From NCBI GenBank assembly GCA_029715105.1, contig CP085695.1, positions 701,851-733,850 on the forward strand: a DNA stretch of 32,000 bases, read 5' to 3'. The notes beneath the pieces were generated by a model. It worked only from the letters and a program-made list of their open reading frames with translations, had not been told where the DNA came from and did not search any database. This document shows positions 9,226-19,111 of the stretch, piece by piece. Source of the stretch: Candidatus Saccharimonadota bacterium. GTDB lineage: Bacteria; Pseudomonadota; Alphaproteobacteria; Rickettsiales; Anaplasmataceae. How positions within the stretch are numbered: position 1 is the stretch's first letter; each line of letters begins with the position of its first letter. The position numbers and the translations under genes were made by a program.

Positions 9226-10254
9226 TTATGCTTTTTTGTCTCCATCCCTTATCTTAGATGTAGGTATAGGCGAACTAACTTGTAAATTCTGAACATCCAT
9301 GAAAAACAAACCCTTTTTCTCGTTCTTTATATCAATTATAGTATGAGTGTTAAGGGGTAATGGATCATTTATATACCCATGCCCTACCCCCTGAATTGTA
9401 AACACTGGAAAATTGACACTTTTTGCAAATCTTTCCTTTACTCTTTCAACAAGATTACTATTGCTAGAATTAACAAAGTTACCAAAAATCACCGCTTGTA
9501 CACCATCAAAAATATTAGCCTGTTTTAAATGATCTAAGCTACGTTCCATTGCATATGGATAAACTCTTATATCTTCTAAAAATAGAATTTTTCCTTTTGC
9601 ATTTACTTGCCAAACAGTTCCTATACTATTTTCAACTAATGTCATATTACCACCAACAATTTTAGATTCTAACCTACCATTTTTTAACTTAATGTTATTA
9701 TTAATTATCTTCAAGTTATCAAATCTAATAAAATCTTGTTTATTTAATATTAATCCTTCTAATTTCTCAATGGAACTCTCCGAAACAGAATTATTTACTA
9801 TCATTTCTAACATAGTACCATGCAAGGTTTGCCAATCATACTTAGCTTGTAAATACGTATGCAAAACAGTTACATCACTATAACCTATAAAAACTTTTCG
9901 AGTAATCTTTTCTTTTTGATCGCTTGATAATTTTTCCAGATAAGGAATTAACCTAGAAGCTCCTGTTCCACCTCTAATACACCAAATTATTTTGCTTTTA
10001 CCAATTAAAGCATTAATCAAATCATTAGCTCTAAATTCATCAGAATTAGAATAAAATGAATTATCATTACTATATATTTTTTCCGAAACATGAGGATAAA
10101 AACCTAAAGCCTCCACATATTCTTTTATAAAAATTAAATCTGACTCTCTTCCTTTTGAAGAAGGAGCGATAATATCAACTTGATCAATTGCATAAATACT
10201 ACTCGTATTAACACATAAAACAATAACGTAAAAAATATAAATAATAATAAACAT
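9226..10254 (-). CDS. ldcA: LD-carboxypeptidase (peptidase S66, LdcA-like) with an N-terminal signal-like segment
   Basis: 342-aa ORF with the GYSDVTVLH nucleophile-Ser motif and CIRGGTGASRL. The hydrophobic N-terminus is MFIIIYIFYVIVLCVNTSSIYA. Its ATG shares one nucleotide with the lipB stop (TAATG). Confidence 0.8.
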   Translation of the reverse strand: MFIIIYIFYVIVLCVNTSSIYAIDQVDIIAPSSKGRESDLIFIKEYVEALGFYPHVSEKIYSNDNSFYSNSDEFRANDLINALIGKSKIIWCIRGGTGASRLIPYLEKLSSDQKEKITRKVFIGYSDVTVLHTYLQAKYDWQTLHGTMLEMIVNNSVSESSIEKLEGLILNKQDFIRFDNLKIINNNIKLKNGRLESKIVGGNMTLVENSIGTVWQVNAKGKILFLEDIRVYPYAMERSLDHLKQANIFDGVQAVIFGNFVNSSNSNLVERVKERFAKSVNFPVFTIQGVGHGYINDPLPLNTHTIIDIKNEKKGLFFMDVQNLQVSSPIPTSKIRDGDKKA

Positions 10255-10874
10255 TAAAATATCTTATAAAATTCTTTTTTTAATAAAAAGTCCAATTCAG
10301 AAAATGAAACTTCAACTCCGAGCTTTTTCATTGATGTAACACCACAATCTTTTAATCCACAAGGAATAATGCCTCTATAGTGAGAAAGATCTGGAGAAAC
10401 ATTAAGTGCTATACCATGATAAGTTACCCATTTCCTTATATGTATACCAATAGCTGCTATCTTTTCCATTATTCCGTTGTTACTTACCCAAATACCTATT
10501 TTATCTCCCCTGAACTCTCCAATAATGTTAAAATACCTTAAGACATTAATAATCCAATCACTCAAATCTCTAATATATAATCTTATATCGCATTTATTTC
10601 TTTCTCTAAGATTAAGCATTAAATATACAATACGCTGACCTGGACCATGATACGTATACTTGCCACCTCTATCCGTTTTATACACAGGAAATAAATTTTT
10701 CACGATCATTTCTTCATCAGTTACACCAATACCTGCCGTATAAAGTGAAGGATGCTGAAGTAACCATACTAATTCGTCAGATAATCTACTATAAATTCTT
10801 TTATTTTTTATTTTCATGAATTTTACAGCATTACTGTAATCAATTAATTGATCAGTTATTAACCATTTCACCAT
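10254..10874 (-). CDS. lipB: Octanoyltransferase (lipoate-protein ligase B)
   Basis: 206-aa ORF with the motifs LLQHPSLYTAG, RGGKYTYHGPGQ, KIAAIGIHIRKWVTYHG and IIPCGL (catalytic Lys and Cys context). Confidence 0.9.
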   Translation of the reverse strand: MVKWLITDQLIDYSNAVKFMKIKNKRIYSRLSDELVWLLQHPSLYTAGIGVTDEEMIVKNLFPVYKTDRGGKYTYHGPGQRIVYLMLNLRERNKCDIRLYIRDLSDWIINVLRYFNIIGEFRGDKIGIWVSNNGIMEKIAAIGIHIRKWVTYHGIALNVSPDLSHYRGIIPCGLKDCGVTSMKKLGVEVSFSELDFLLKKEFYKIF

Positions 10875-12334
10875 ATTTTCACTTATCTGTATTTAATATC
10901 TTATGTTTTGTATTAACTATCTGAAGCTTTTTTTATTTAATTTCATTAATTTCAGTAAAACTTTAATTTTATTTACATATATAATAATAAAAATTTTTAA
11001 TTTATTAAAAACATCTTATCAAAAAATTTTCTCTGTTTTATTTTCAATAAAACAAATTTGAAGTTTACTAAGAAAACCAATTTTTAAAGTTAAATAAAAT
11101 TTGTCAAAATTAATGTCTTCATGATTCCACAAAACTTAACTCAAATTTTTATCTATAAAATAATTACAAATTTTTAATCGGAACCTAAAGATCTAAATAA
11201 GAGATCATTAAATAAATTTAATGCATACCAATCCCCAACGTAAGTGGTGAAACTCACATTTATATATATCCATACTTTTATTATCTTTATCCTTTTCAAG
11301 GATCCCACTCATTTAGAAACATTCTAGAGGAACATTCTAAAATTTATCTAAAACAATTAATACTGCAATCTCATACAAAATACATGAAACAATGTATTTC
11401 TTATACAGAATCTTCAAAATTTTAACTAAATTTCTACTTTGTTTTATAAATAGGATCTCCATTTTAATTTTACTTTTTCTCTATTTTTCTATTTAGAAAA
11501 ATAATACTCTCTATAACTATCATTATTAACACTTTTATTTTATATATTTTTGTTATTTAGATAGTAACCCGTTCAAATTTATCTTACAATTCTTAAAAGA
11601 AAAACTAACATCAAAACAATTTCTTCAAATTTTAAACTTTCTACTTTTAATTTATTTCTTCCTTTCTTTTTAAAGAAAATTCAACTAATTAATAATTAAT
11701 ATTTCTCATTACTATCTGACTATAAAACTCTAATCCATTTTTCTTTTCTAATTTTATTTTAAAAAAATAATTCTACTACGTTTTATCTCTAACCCATCTA
11801 TCCTGTCTTCACAAAGCCCTAACAGTTATATACACTACAATATGTAGTGTACAATTACAAAATTAATTATAACAGATCTTTAACACTAACATAATTTCGG
11901 CAAAATCTTACAAAATTTCTAAAATTCAAAATAAAAAATACACAATTAATCTTCTTAAAAGATACAAATCTTTATTCACCTATATTCATAACTACATAAC
12001 AACTAATATTATTTTATATCACTGTTTACATCCTATACCCACACCTCTTTTTTTAAAGAGTTTTTATAAAACACCATATGTCAATAGTCAATCTTATTTA
12101 GTGTCTTATTTCTATATAAATAAATATTTATATAACTTAATTTTAATTAAATTAGATATTCGTGATTATAAATTTATATTACATCGTTATCAACGATAAT
12201 TCCTAGAATATAAATAAGTAAAAAGTTTAATAAAGATAAAATGTATATCTATAACTTTTTATAAATTAACTAATTCAAATTGTTGTATATTTTGATACAA
12301 TAAAACAATTCGTATTGCTTTTAATATAAAATAA

Positions 12335-12892
12335 ATGACAAATAAACAAGATTCATTATTAACGTTAATAAAAACAAGACATAGCGGATATTTATATGAT
12401 TCAAACAAACTAGTAAACCAGGCAGATATTATTACTCTAATAGAAGCAGCAAGATTCTCTCCTTCATGCTTTTGCGATGAACCTTGGAGATATATTGTAT
12501 GTAACAAACAAATTAATCAAAATTCATGGGAAAAATTATTAAATTGTCTTAATAAATCTAACCAAAAATGGGCAAAAAATGCACAAGTCTTAATTATATC
12601 GTTAAGTGCAAAAAATTTTCAAAAAATAAATAAAGGAAAAAATTCCTGGGCTAAACACGATACTGGAGCAGCAAACTATGCACTTATGTTACAAGCCACA
12701 TCTATGAACTTAATGGCACATCAAATGAGTGGATTTAATAAAAATAAAATAATAGAAAAATTTAACATACCTAATAACTTTAATATAATGTCAGTTATAT
12801 CAATCGGTTACGAAGAAGAAGGAGTTGACATTAAAAAAAAAATAAGAAAACCAATAGAAGAAGTACTTTTTTATGACGAATGGCCGAAGTAA
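12335..12892 (+). CDS. Nitroreductase-family oxidoreductase
   Basis: 185-aa ORF with the patterns TRHSGY....I..LIEAARFSPS..C.EPWRY and HDTGAANYALMLQA, as in the nitroreductase superfamily. Confidence 0.7.
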   Translation: MTNKQDSLLTLIKTRHSGYLYDSNKLVNQADIITLIEAARFSPSCFCDEPWRYIVCNKQINQNSWEKLLNCLNKSNQKWAKNAQVLIISLSAKNFQKINKGKNSWAKHDTGAANYALMLQATSMNLMAHQMSGFNKNKIIEKFNIPNNFNIMSVISIGYEEEGVDIKKKIRKPIEEVLFYDEWPK

Positions 12893-13680
12893 TAAAAAAA
12901 ATGCATGGTACTGGTAATAACTTTGTTATTATAGACTCACGTACAACAAATAACTTAAGACGAGATTATAAACAAATAGCTTATCAAAACAATTGCGATC
13001 AAGTGATAGTTATCACTAACTCTAACATAGCGGACTGCTTTATGCATATATATAATGCTAATGGTAGTAAGGCAGAAATATGTGGAAACGCAGCGCGATG
13101 CGTTGGATACTTAATAATGTTAGAAAAAAATACTAAATACATAACTATAGAATTAATAAACGGACGCATTTTAGAATGCTTTAAAATTAATAACAAGTCT
13201 ATAAAAGTTAACATGGGCAAACCATTATTTAAATGGTACGAAATCCCCCTATCTATTAGATGTAATACTCTCTGCTTACCAATAAAAATCGAAATGCTAA
13301 AAAATCCAATTGCAGTAAATATTGGTAATCCTCACATAGTTTTTTTTGTTGATAATATCGACAAAATACCATTGCAAAATTTAGGACCAAAACTGGAAAA
13401 ACACGCTCTTTTCCCTGAAGGAATAAATATCAGTATTGCTCAAATCAAAAAACATGGAGAAATAAACTTGAAAGTTTGGGAAAGAGGTACAGGTATTACT
13501 TCTTCATGTGGTAGTGCGTCTTGTGCAGTATTTGTCGCATCTATTCTTCTTAAACATCTACCTACTAGTAGTACACAAACATTTATAAACTCACAGGGAG
13601 GAAAAATACTGGTGCAATGGGTATCAAACAATATATTCATAACCGGCGATGTAGGATTTCTTAAAAAGAAAAATTCTTAA
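12880..13680 (+). CDS. dapF: Diaminopimelate epimerase
   Basis: 266-aa ORF with KMHGTGNNFVIID, first catalytic Cys context EICGNAARC and second catalytic Cys context ERGTGITSSCGS. It overlaps the upstream gene by 13 nt. Confidence 0.9.
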   Translation: MAEVIKKMHGTGNNFVIIDSRTTNNLRRDYKQIAYQNNCDQVIVITNSNIADCFMHIYNANGSKAEICGNAARCVGYLIMLEKNTKYITIELINGRILECFKINNKSIKVNMGKPLFKWYEIPLSIRCNTLCLPIKIEMLKNPIAVNIGNPHIVFFVDNIDKIPLQNLGPKLEKHALFPEGINISIAQIKKHGEINLKVWERGTGITSSCGSASCAVFVASILLKHLPTSSTQTFINSQGGKILVQWVSNNIFITGDVGFLKKKNS

Positions 13681-13683
13681 ATT

Positions 13684-14568
13684 TTAAATATAATAATTCA
13701 TTTTTTCTAAAACCTTTTTACCAATTACAGCAGGAGTTTCTGCAATTGCAATGCCAGCACTCTTCATAAATTCTAACTTCGAATCAGCATCCCCACCGCT
13801 ATTAGAGGAAATGATAGCCCCAGCGTGCCCCATGCGTTTTCCTGGAGGTGCTGTCTTACCGGCTACAAACCCAACAACTGGCTTCTTAGTTTTCTCTGTC
13901 TTTAAAAAAAGTGACACATCCTCCTCCTCGTTTCCACCTATTTCACCAATAATTACAATACCATAAGTATCATTATCCTTCAAAAAAAGCTCTACACAAT
14001 CAATAAACGTCACACCATGAATAGGATCGCCTCCAATTCCTATACACGTCGACTGACCTAGACCAATAGCAGTGATCTGTGCTACCGCTTCGTAAGTCAA
14101 CGTCCCAGAGCGAGATATAATCCCTATATGTCCACGTTTATGAATATATCCTGGCATAATACCTATCTTACACTCTTCAGGAGTTATAATTCCAGGACAA
14201 TTAGGACCAATCAATTTACTTTTCGAACCAATAAGTGCACGTTTAACTTTTATCATGTCAAGTACAGGGATTCCCTCTGTAATGCAAACTACTATTTCTA
14301 TTTCCGCATCTATTGCTTCTAATATTGCATCAGCAGCAAACTTAGCAGGTACATATATCACTGTAGCATTTGCATTAGTTTTATCTCTAGCTTCTAGTAC
14401 AGTACTAAAAACCGGCAAATTAAGATGGGAAGTTCCCCCCTTGCCGGGGGTTACGCCACCTACCATTTTTGTTCCATACCTAATTGTCTGTTCTGAATGG
14501 AACGTACCCTGCATACCGGTAAAACCCTGGCATATTAATCTTGTACTCTTATCTACTAAAATTGACAT
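13684..14568 (-). CDS. sucD: Succinyl-CoA synthetase alpha subunit
   Basis: 294-aa ORF with [15 protein letters not shown] and MGHAGAI (phosphohistidine loop). Its stop lies 3 nt from the convergent dapF stop. Confidence 0.95.
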   Translation of the reverse strand: MSILVDKSTRLICQGFTGMQGTFHSEQTIRYGTKMVGGVTPGKGGTSHLNLPVFSTVLEARDKTNANATVIYVPAKFAADAILEAIDAEIEIVVCITEGIPVLDMIKVKRALIGSKSKLIGPNCPGIITPEECKIGIMPGYIHKRGHIGIISRSGTLTYEAVAQITAIGLGQSTCIGIGGDPIHGVTFIDCVELFLKDNDTYGIVIIGEIGGNEEEDVSLFLKTEKTKKPVVGFVAGKTAPPGKRMGHAGAIISSNSGGDADSKLEFMKSAGIAIAETPAVIGKKVLEKMNYYI

Positions 14569-15731
14569 GATAAACTATTTACTAATTTTACTATCACCTG
14601 TGCAGCATCATCGAATCCTTCTACAAGAGTAACATCTAACCCAGAACTTTTTAAAATTTTATTTCCATCTTCAAAGTTAGTGCCTGACAACCTAACTACC
14701 AACGGAACATTTATATTCATTTCTCTTGAAATCTCACTTATACTGCTTGCAATGGTATCACAACGCATTATACCTCCAAATATGTTGATTAATATTCCCT
14801 TTACATCACTATCAGATAACAAAATTCTAAGTGCATTAATAATAACTTCCTTACTCGCACTACCACCAATATCCAAAAAATTTGCAGGTTTTGCACCATA
14901 ATACTTTATTATATCCATTGTTGCCATAGCAAGACCAGCACCATTTACCATACAACCAATATTACCTCCACCCATTTTAATATAACTAAAACCATATTTC
15001 ATGGCTTCCATTTCTTCTACTTTATCGGAAGTGTAAAGCTCCATAATTTCAGGATGACGATATAAAGCATTATCATCAAAACTAACTTTTGCATCAACCG
15101 CAATAAAATCTCCTGAACTTATCTCAGCTAATGGATTAATTTCTATTTGACTTGCATCAGTTGCGATAAATGCATCATACATGCTTTTAGCAATATCAGT
15201 TATTCTTCTTACTTGTCTTAAACTTAAATTAAAAATACTACCTAATTTACTACTATCAAAATTCACAAAACCAACAGAATAATCAATAACAAATCTTACA
15301 AGCTTCGTAGGAAAATTTTTTGCGACTTCCTCAATATCAACCCCACCTTCTGAAGAAAATATAAATACTAAAGTACTAAGCTTTGGATCAATTACTAGGC
15401 TCAAATAATATTCTTTTATAATATTTAAACCTTCCTCAAGGTACACTTTCTTTACCTGTAATCCCATTGAACCAGTCTGATGAGTAACTAAGGCCATACC
15501 AAGCATAGACTCAACAAACCTCTTAGCTTCCTCGGGGGACTTTGCAAATTTTACACCACCAACCTTACCTCTTCCGCCTGCATGAATTTGAGCTTTAATT
15601 ACAAATACATCAGATTTTAACTTATCCATTCCGATTTCTACTTCCTCTACGGAAGAGACAACAAAACCTCTCGGAATCGGAACACCAAACTTGCACAAAA
15701 TTTCCTTTGCTTGATACTCATAAACGTTCAT
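14556..15731 (-). CDS. sucC: Succinyl-CoA synthetase beta subunit
   Basis: 391-aa ORF starting [10 protein letters not shown], with an ATP-grasp N-terminal half and [14 protein letters not shown]. It overlaps sucD by 13 nt. Confidence 0.95.
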   Translation of the reverse strand: MNVYEYQAKEILCKFGVPIPRGFVVSSVEEVEIGMDKLKSDVFVIKAQIHAGGRGKVGGVKFAKSPEEAKRFVESMLGMALVTHQTGSMGLQVKKVYLEEGLNIIKEYYLSLVIDPKLSTLVFIFSSEGGVDIEEVAKNFPTKLVRFVIDYSVGFVNFDSSKLGSIFNLSLRQVRRITDIAKSMYDAFIATDASQIEINPLAEISSGDFIAVDAKVSFDDNALYRHPEIMELYTSDKVEEMEAMKYGFSYIKMGGGNIGCMVNGAGLAMATMDIIKYYGAKPANFLDIGGSASKEVIINALRILLSDSDVKGILINIFGGIMRCDTIASSISEISREMNINVPLVVRLSGTNFEDGNKILKSSGLDVTLVEGFDDAAQVIVKLVNSLSCQF

Positions 15732-15788
15732 AGTTCATAAACCATAATTAATTAATTCCACCCCCCTTTTTATTTCTTTAAAAGGAAA

Positions 15789-15968
15789 TCAGATACATTT
15801 TTTTTTATCCCTAGCTCTCTTCTTAGCTTTTTTTCTAGCTATCTTTTCAGATCTCTTCTCATGATATTGCTTTCTCATCTTTACACCTCTTCCTTCCTTC
15901 TGAATTGTCTTCTTCAAAACAGGGAATGCCCTATCTATATCACCATAATGAACCGATACTTCAATCAA
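15789..15968 (-). CDS. rpsU: 30S ribosomal protein S21 (not in the ORF track; TTG start)
   Basis: Hand translation of the minus strand gives (M)IEVSVHYGDIDRAFPVLKKTIQKEGRGVKMRKQYHEKRSEKIARKKAKKRARDKKKCI*. This matches the S21 pattern (V.V...idrAl..lKk....eG...e.r.r..yEKpse.r), and a TAA stop lies two codons upstream of the TTG. The gene has 59 codons and lies 57 nt upstream of sucC. Confidence 0.7.
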   Translation of the reverse strand: MIEVSVHYGDIDRAFPVLKKTIQKEGRGVKMRKQYHEKRSEKIARKKAKKRARDKKKCI

Positions 15969-16086
15969 AGTTTACACACCGTATAATATATCCCTATGAT
16001 ATGGATTAAACTGATTAAATTGTCAATTTTTTTTTAGCATACTCATATATAAATAACAATATAAACAATAAAAATACAAAAGTCTT

Positions 16087-16114
16087 AGGATTTTATTATT
16101 AAAAATAAAATCTT
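16087..16114 (-). terminator. Candidate terminator hairpin downstream of secB
   Basis: AGGATTTTATT-attaaa-AATAAAATCTT: 11-bp arms with one non-Watson-Crick position (G.U on the + strand, A/C on the minus strand). On the minus strand it is followed by the T-rich tail aagacTTTTgtaTTTTTaTTgTTT. It lies about 90 nt after the secB stop. Confidence 0.3.
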
Positions 16115-16205
16115 ACGTATTATAACATTAATATTTTATACATATTTGATTCAATCCAAGTGAAGTACTTTTTAACCTTTTATCAAAACCACTGTCACTA
16201 TTATT

Positions 16206-16685
16206 TTATATCTTCACATTAGTCTTCTTCTTATACATAGCTTCAAAATCTATAGGATCTAGCATAAGAGGAGGAAACCCTCCACTACTTGTAACTCTTG
16301 CAATTACCTCTCTTGCAAATGGAAAAAGAAAAGTAGGTCCATCTATAAATAAAATTCGTCTTGCCTCTTCAATATCTAATTTTAAAAAATTTTCTATTAA
16401 AAAAACACCACAATATTTTGTTTCACAAATAAAAGCAATATCACTACTGATATTTTTATTATTTACTGTTGCTTTTGCCTCTATGTGTAAAGTAATTTCA
16501 TGAAAAAGTTTTCCTTTATTATCTTCACTATTTTTGATTCCTTCTAATCTCGCTGAATTAATACTTACCATTACACTAATATTTGGGACCTCTCGAGGTA
16601 AAAATGGTGAATTTGGATTTTCGAATGATAAATCTTTAATATATTGACCATAAACTTTTAACCGTGACTCTTTGTAATATACCAT
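16206..16685 (-). CDS. secB: Protein-export chaperone SecB
   Basis: 159-aa ORF with QYIKDLSFENP and LFPFAREVIARVTSSGGFPPLMLDPIDFEAMY, typical of SecB. Confidence 0.85.
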   Translation of the reverse strand: MVYYKESRLKVYGQYIKDLSFENPNSPFLPREVPNISVMVSINSARLEGIKNSEDNKGKLFHEITLHIEAKATVNNKNISSDIAFICETKYCGVFLIENFLKLDIEEARRILFIDGPTFLFPFAREVIARVTSSGGFPPLMLDPIDFEAMYKKKTNVKI

Positions 16686-16858
16686 TATTATTTTTAATTA
16701 AAGTTTATTTGAAATACTTATACTTTCTTGTACAATATAGCCATTTATAAATAAATAGCAAATCTAAGAATTAGAAGTTAATTATTTGGAATATAAAATA
16801 AAATAAACCATTTCGTTAACAATTAGTTTAATTAATTATTATATTAATATTACTATTT

Positions 16859-17500
16859 ATGATAGAACTCGTAATATATGCTTTGTTAGCAGCTTTTATT
16901 TTTTCACGATTATATAATTCTTTAGGAAGATCTACAAGTTCTAATATAAAAAAACTAACCAATATAATTGACGCAAACCAAGAAGAAAAAAATATAGTAG
17001 AAAACGTTGAAAATTATATTTATAATGACACTGACAGTAGCTCAATAAAAGCTACTTACGAACAAATATTACAAATAAATAAAAATTTCTCAATTTTCAA
17101 TTTTATGAAAGGTTCAAGCTTAGTTTTTGAATTAGTAATAAAATACTACAACCAAGGAAATTTACCCAAATTAAAACCACTCCTAGATAAGGAATTATAT
17201 AGTAACTTTGTAGAAAAAATCAAATATCGCAAAGAAGTACAAGAATCTATAATTGTTTCTATTATCACACAAAAAATTTTAGAAATAAAATTAATAAAAG
17301 ATACAGTACACATTGTAGTATATTTTCTCTCAGATCAAATTAATTTTATTAAAAACGACAAAGGAGAAATTATATCTGGTAATACATCTACTATCAATAA
17401 AGTTGAAGATATTTGGCAATTTAAAAAAAATATTACTTTCTCAAATCCAAAATGGCTTCTCACATCCGTAGAATATAAAAAAGAAGATAATGAACATTAA
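16859..17500 (+). CDS. Tim44-like domain membrane protein
   Basis: 213-aa ORF with an N-terminal TM helix (MIELVIYALLAAFIFSRLYNSLGR) and a C-terminal domain of the right size. The position divergent from secB is the conserved alphaproteobacterial arrangement. Confidence 0.65.
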   Translation: MIELVIYALLAAFIFSRLYNSLGRSTSSNIKKLTNIIDANQEEKNIVENVENYIYNDTDSSSIKATYEQILQINKNFSIFNFMKGSSLVFELVIKYYNQGNLPKLKPLLDKELYSNFVEKIKYRKEVQESIIVSIITQKILEIKLIKDTVHIVVYFLSDQINFIKNDKGEIISGNTSTINKVEDIWQFKKNITFSNPKWLLTSVEYKKEDNEH

Positions 17501-18206
17501 TAATTATTTTGCTGAAAAAAAATTACGTGAAATAGTACTTGATACTGAGACTACTGGTCTAGATATTAAATTTGGACACCGAATTATTGAAATAGGATGT
17601 GTTGAATTAATCAATCGTATTCCAACTGGCAAGGTATTTCACCGATATATCAATCCGAAAAGGGATATACCTTATCACTCATTTAAAATCCATGGTATTA
17701 GCAAAGAATTCCTAAAAGACAAACCATTATTTTCGGATATAGCACTAGAATTTCTTAATTTTATATCTAATGACATTTTAATAATTCATAATGCTGAATT
17801 TGATATTAAATTTTTAAATATGGAATTAAATAAATTAAATGCTAAATTAATCTCTCAAGAAAGAGTCCTAGATACATTATTACTTGCAAGAAAAAAATTC
17901 ACAGGATCACCAGCATCTTTAAGTGCATTATGCAAACGTTTTAACATATCACTAGAGAATAGAGAACTACACGGAGCACTAGTCGATGCTCAATTACTTG
18001 CAAAAGTATACGTTGAGCTTACTGGAGGATTGCAAATTTTTTTATTTAATAATAAACAACATAAACAAAATAATGTCTCTACAGACATCCACCATTATAG
18101 ATATAATAACATAACTCATAGAAAATACTCACCAAGCGATGAAGAAATCAATGAACATAAAAAACTATTAAATAAAATTCATAATCCGCTTTGGAAAAAA
18201 TTATAA
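17490..18206 (+). CDS. dnaQ: DNA polymerase III epsilon subunit (3'-5' exonuclease)
   Basis: 238-aa ORF with Exo I VLDTETTGL, Exo II IIHNAEFDIKFL and Exo III HGALVDAQLLAKVY. It overlaps the Tim44-like gene by 11 nt. Confidence 0.9.
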   Translation: MNINNYFAEKKLREIVLDTETTGLDIKFGHRIIEIGCVELINRIPTGKVFHRYINPKRDIPYHSFKIHGISKEFLKDKPLFSDIALEFLNFISNDILIIHNAEFDIKFLNMELNKLNAKLISQERVLDTLLLARKKFTGSPASLSALCKRFNISLENRELHGALVDAQLLAKVYVELTGGLQIFLFNNKQHKQNNVSTDIHHYRYNNITHRKYSPSDEEINEHKKLLNKIHNPLWKKL

Positions 18207-18238
18207 AATAAATATATAAAAACAATAAATATAAATAA

Positions 18239-18865
18239 GTGATGTTAAGTTCTATAAAATTACTATCTAGTATAGCAATAATGCTATCATCTATTTTTCT
18301 AAGTTACTGTTTTTTTACTAAAAAGGGAATTTTTGCTCCTAATCCTATTGTTGTTAGAAATTTAGAAATAAAAATAGGAGGAAATTTTTCTCTAATTAAT
18401 CAAGATGGGCAAATTATACATAGTAATAACTTTAAAGATAAATATATGATAATTTTCTTCGGATTCTCTTCTTGTAAAAAAATTTGTCCTATGAATCTTG
18501 GAATAATTTCAGAATTGCTTTCAAAACTAGACGAAAAAACTAATAATAAATTACAAGCATTTTTTATAACAGTTGATCCTGAACGTGATAATGTAAAGAA
18601 ACTCAAAGAGTTTCATCAACAATTTGATCACAGAATACAAATGTTAACAGGTGAAAAAGAAAAAATAAGTCAAGTAATTGCAGATTATAAAGTATATTCC
18701 AGCAAAATCGTTGAAGAAGATGAAATTAATCACTCTTCAATAATATACCTCATTGGACCTAAGGGAAAATATATCACGCATTTTATAGCTGATCTAAATT
18801 CAGACGAAAGTCAATCAGACAAGATTAAAAATGAAATAAAAAAATATATAAACGAAAAATCATAA
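18239..18865 (+). CDS. SCO1/SenC copper chaperone for cytochrome c oxidase assembly
   Basis: 208-aa ORF with an N-terminal TM segment, the thioredoxin-like CxxxC motif FFGFSSCKKICP and a conserved downstream His (INHSS). The start is GTG at 18239 or the adjacent ATG at 18242. Confidence 0.85.
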   Translation: MMLSSIKLLSSIAIMLSSIFLSYCFFTKKGIFAPNPIVVRNLEIKIGGNFSLINQDGQIIHSNNFKDKYMIIFFGFSSCKKICPMNLGIISELLSKLDEKTNNKLQAFFITVDPERDNVKKLKEFHQQFDHRIQMLTGEKEKISQVIADYKVYSSKIVEEDEINHSSIIYLIGPKGKYITHFIADLNSDESQSDKIKNEIKKYINEKS

Positions 18866-19080
18866 ACTCGTTACAGTTTTCCATACTAAAAATTACCACT
18901 TTGATAAGTTTTACACATTCTGTGTTCAAATAATTCAGAAATCAATTCACATAAGAAATCTACTTTTAAATAAAATAAAAAATACAACTACTACTAAATA
19001 GTAATATTTTTAGTTTCATTCATTTTTTTATTTAAAATAAACTTTATTAAAAATTGTTTTACACATATACATTAATCCAT

Positions 19081-19111
19081 ATTTTATTTCCTTTTGAAAA
19101 GGAAATAAAAT
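19081..19111. repeat. 31-bp perfect palindrome ATTTTATTTCCTTTT-g-AAAAGGAAATAAAAT
   Basis: Verified base by base: 15-bp arms around a single central G. It lies in the convergent spacer between SCO1 and mraY. Confidence 0.95.

Noticed and set aside
12259-12507. 82-aa minus-strand track ORF
   Set aside because: It overlaps the 5' end of the well-supported nitroreductase gene on the opposite strand and has no motif. It is a shadow ORF.
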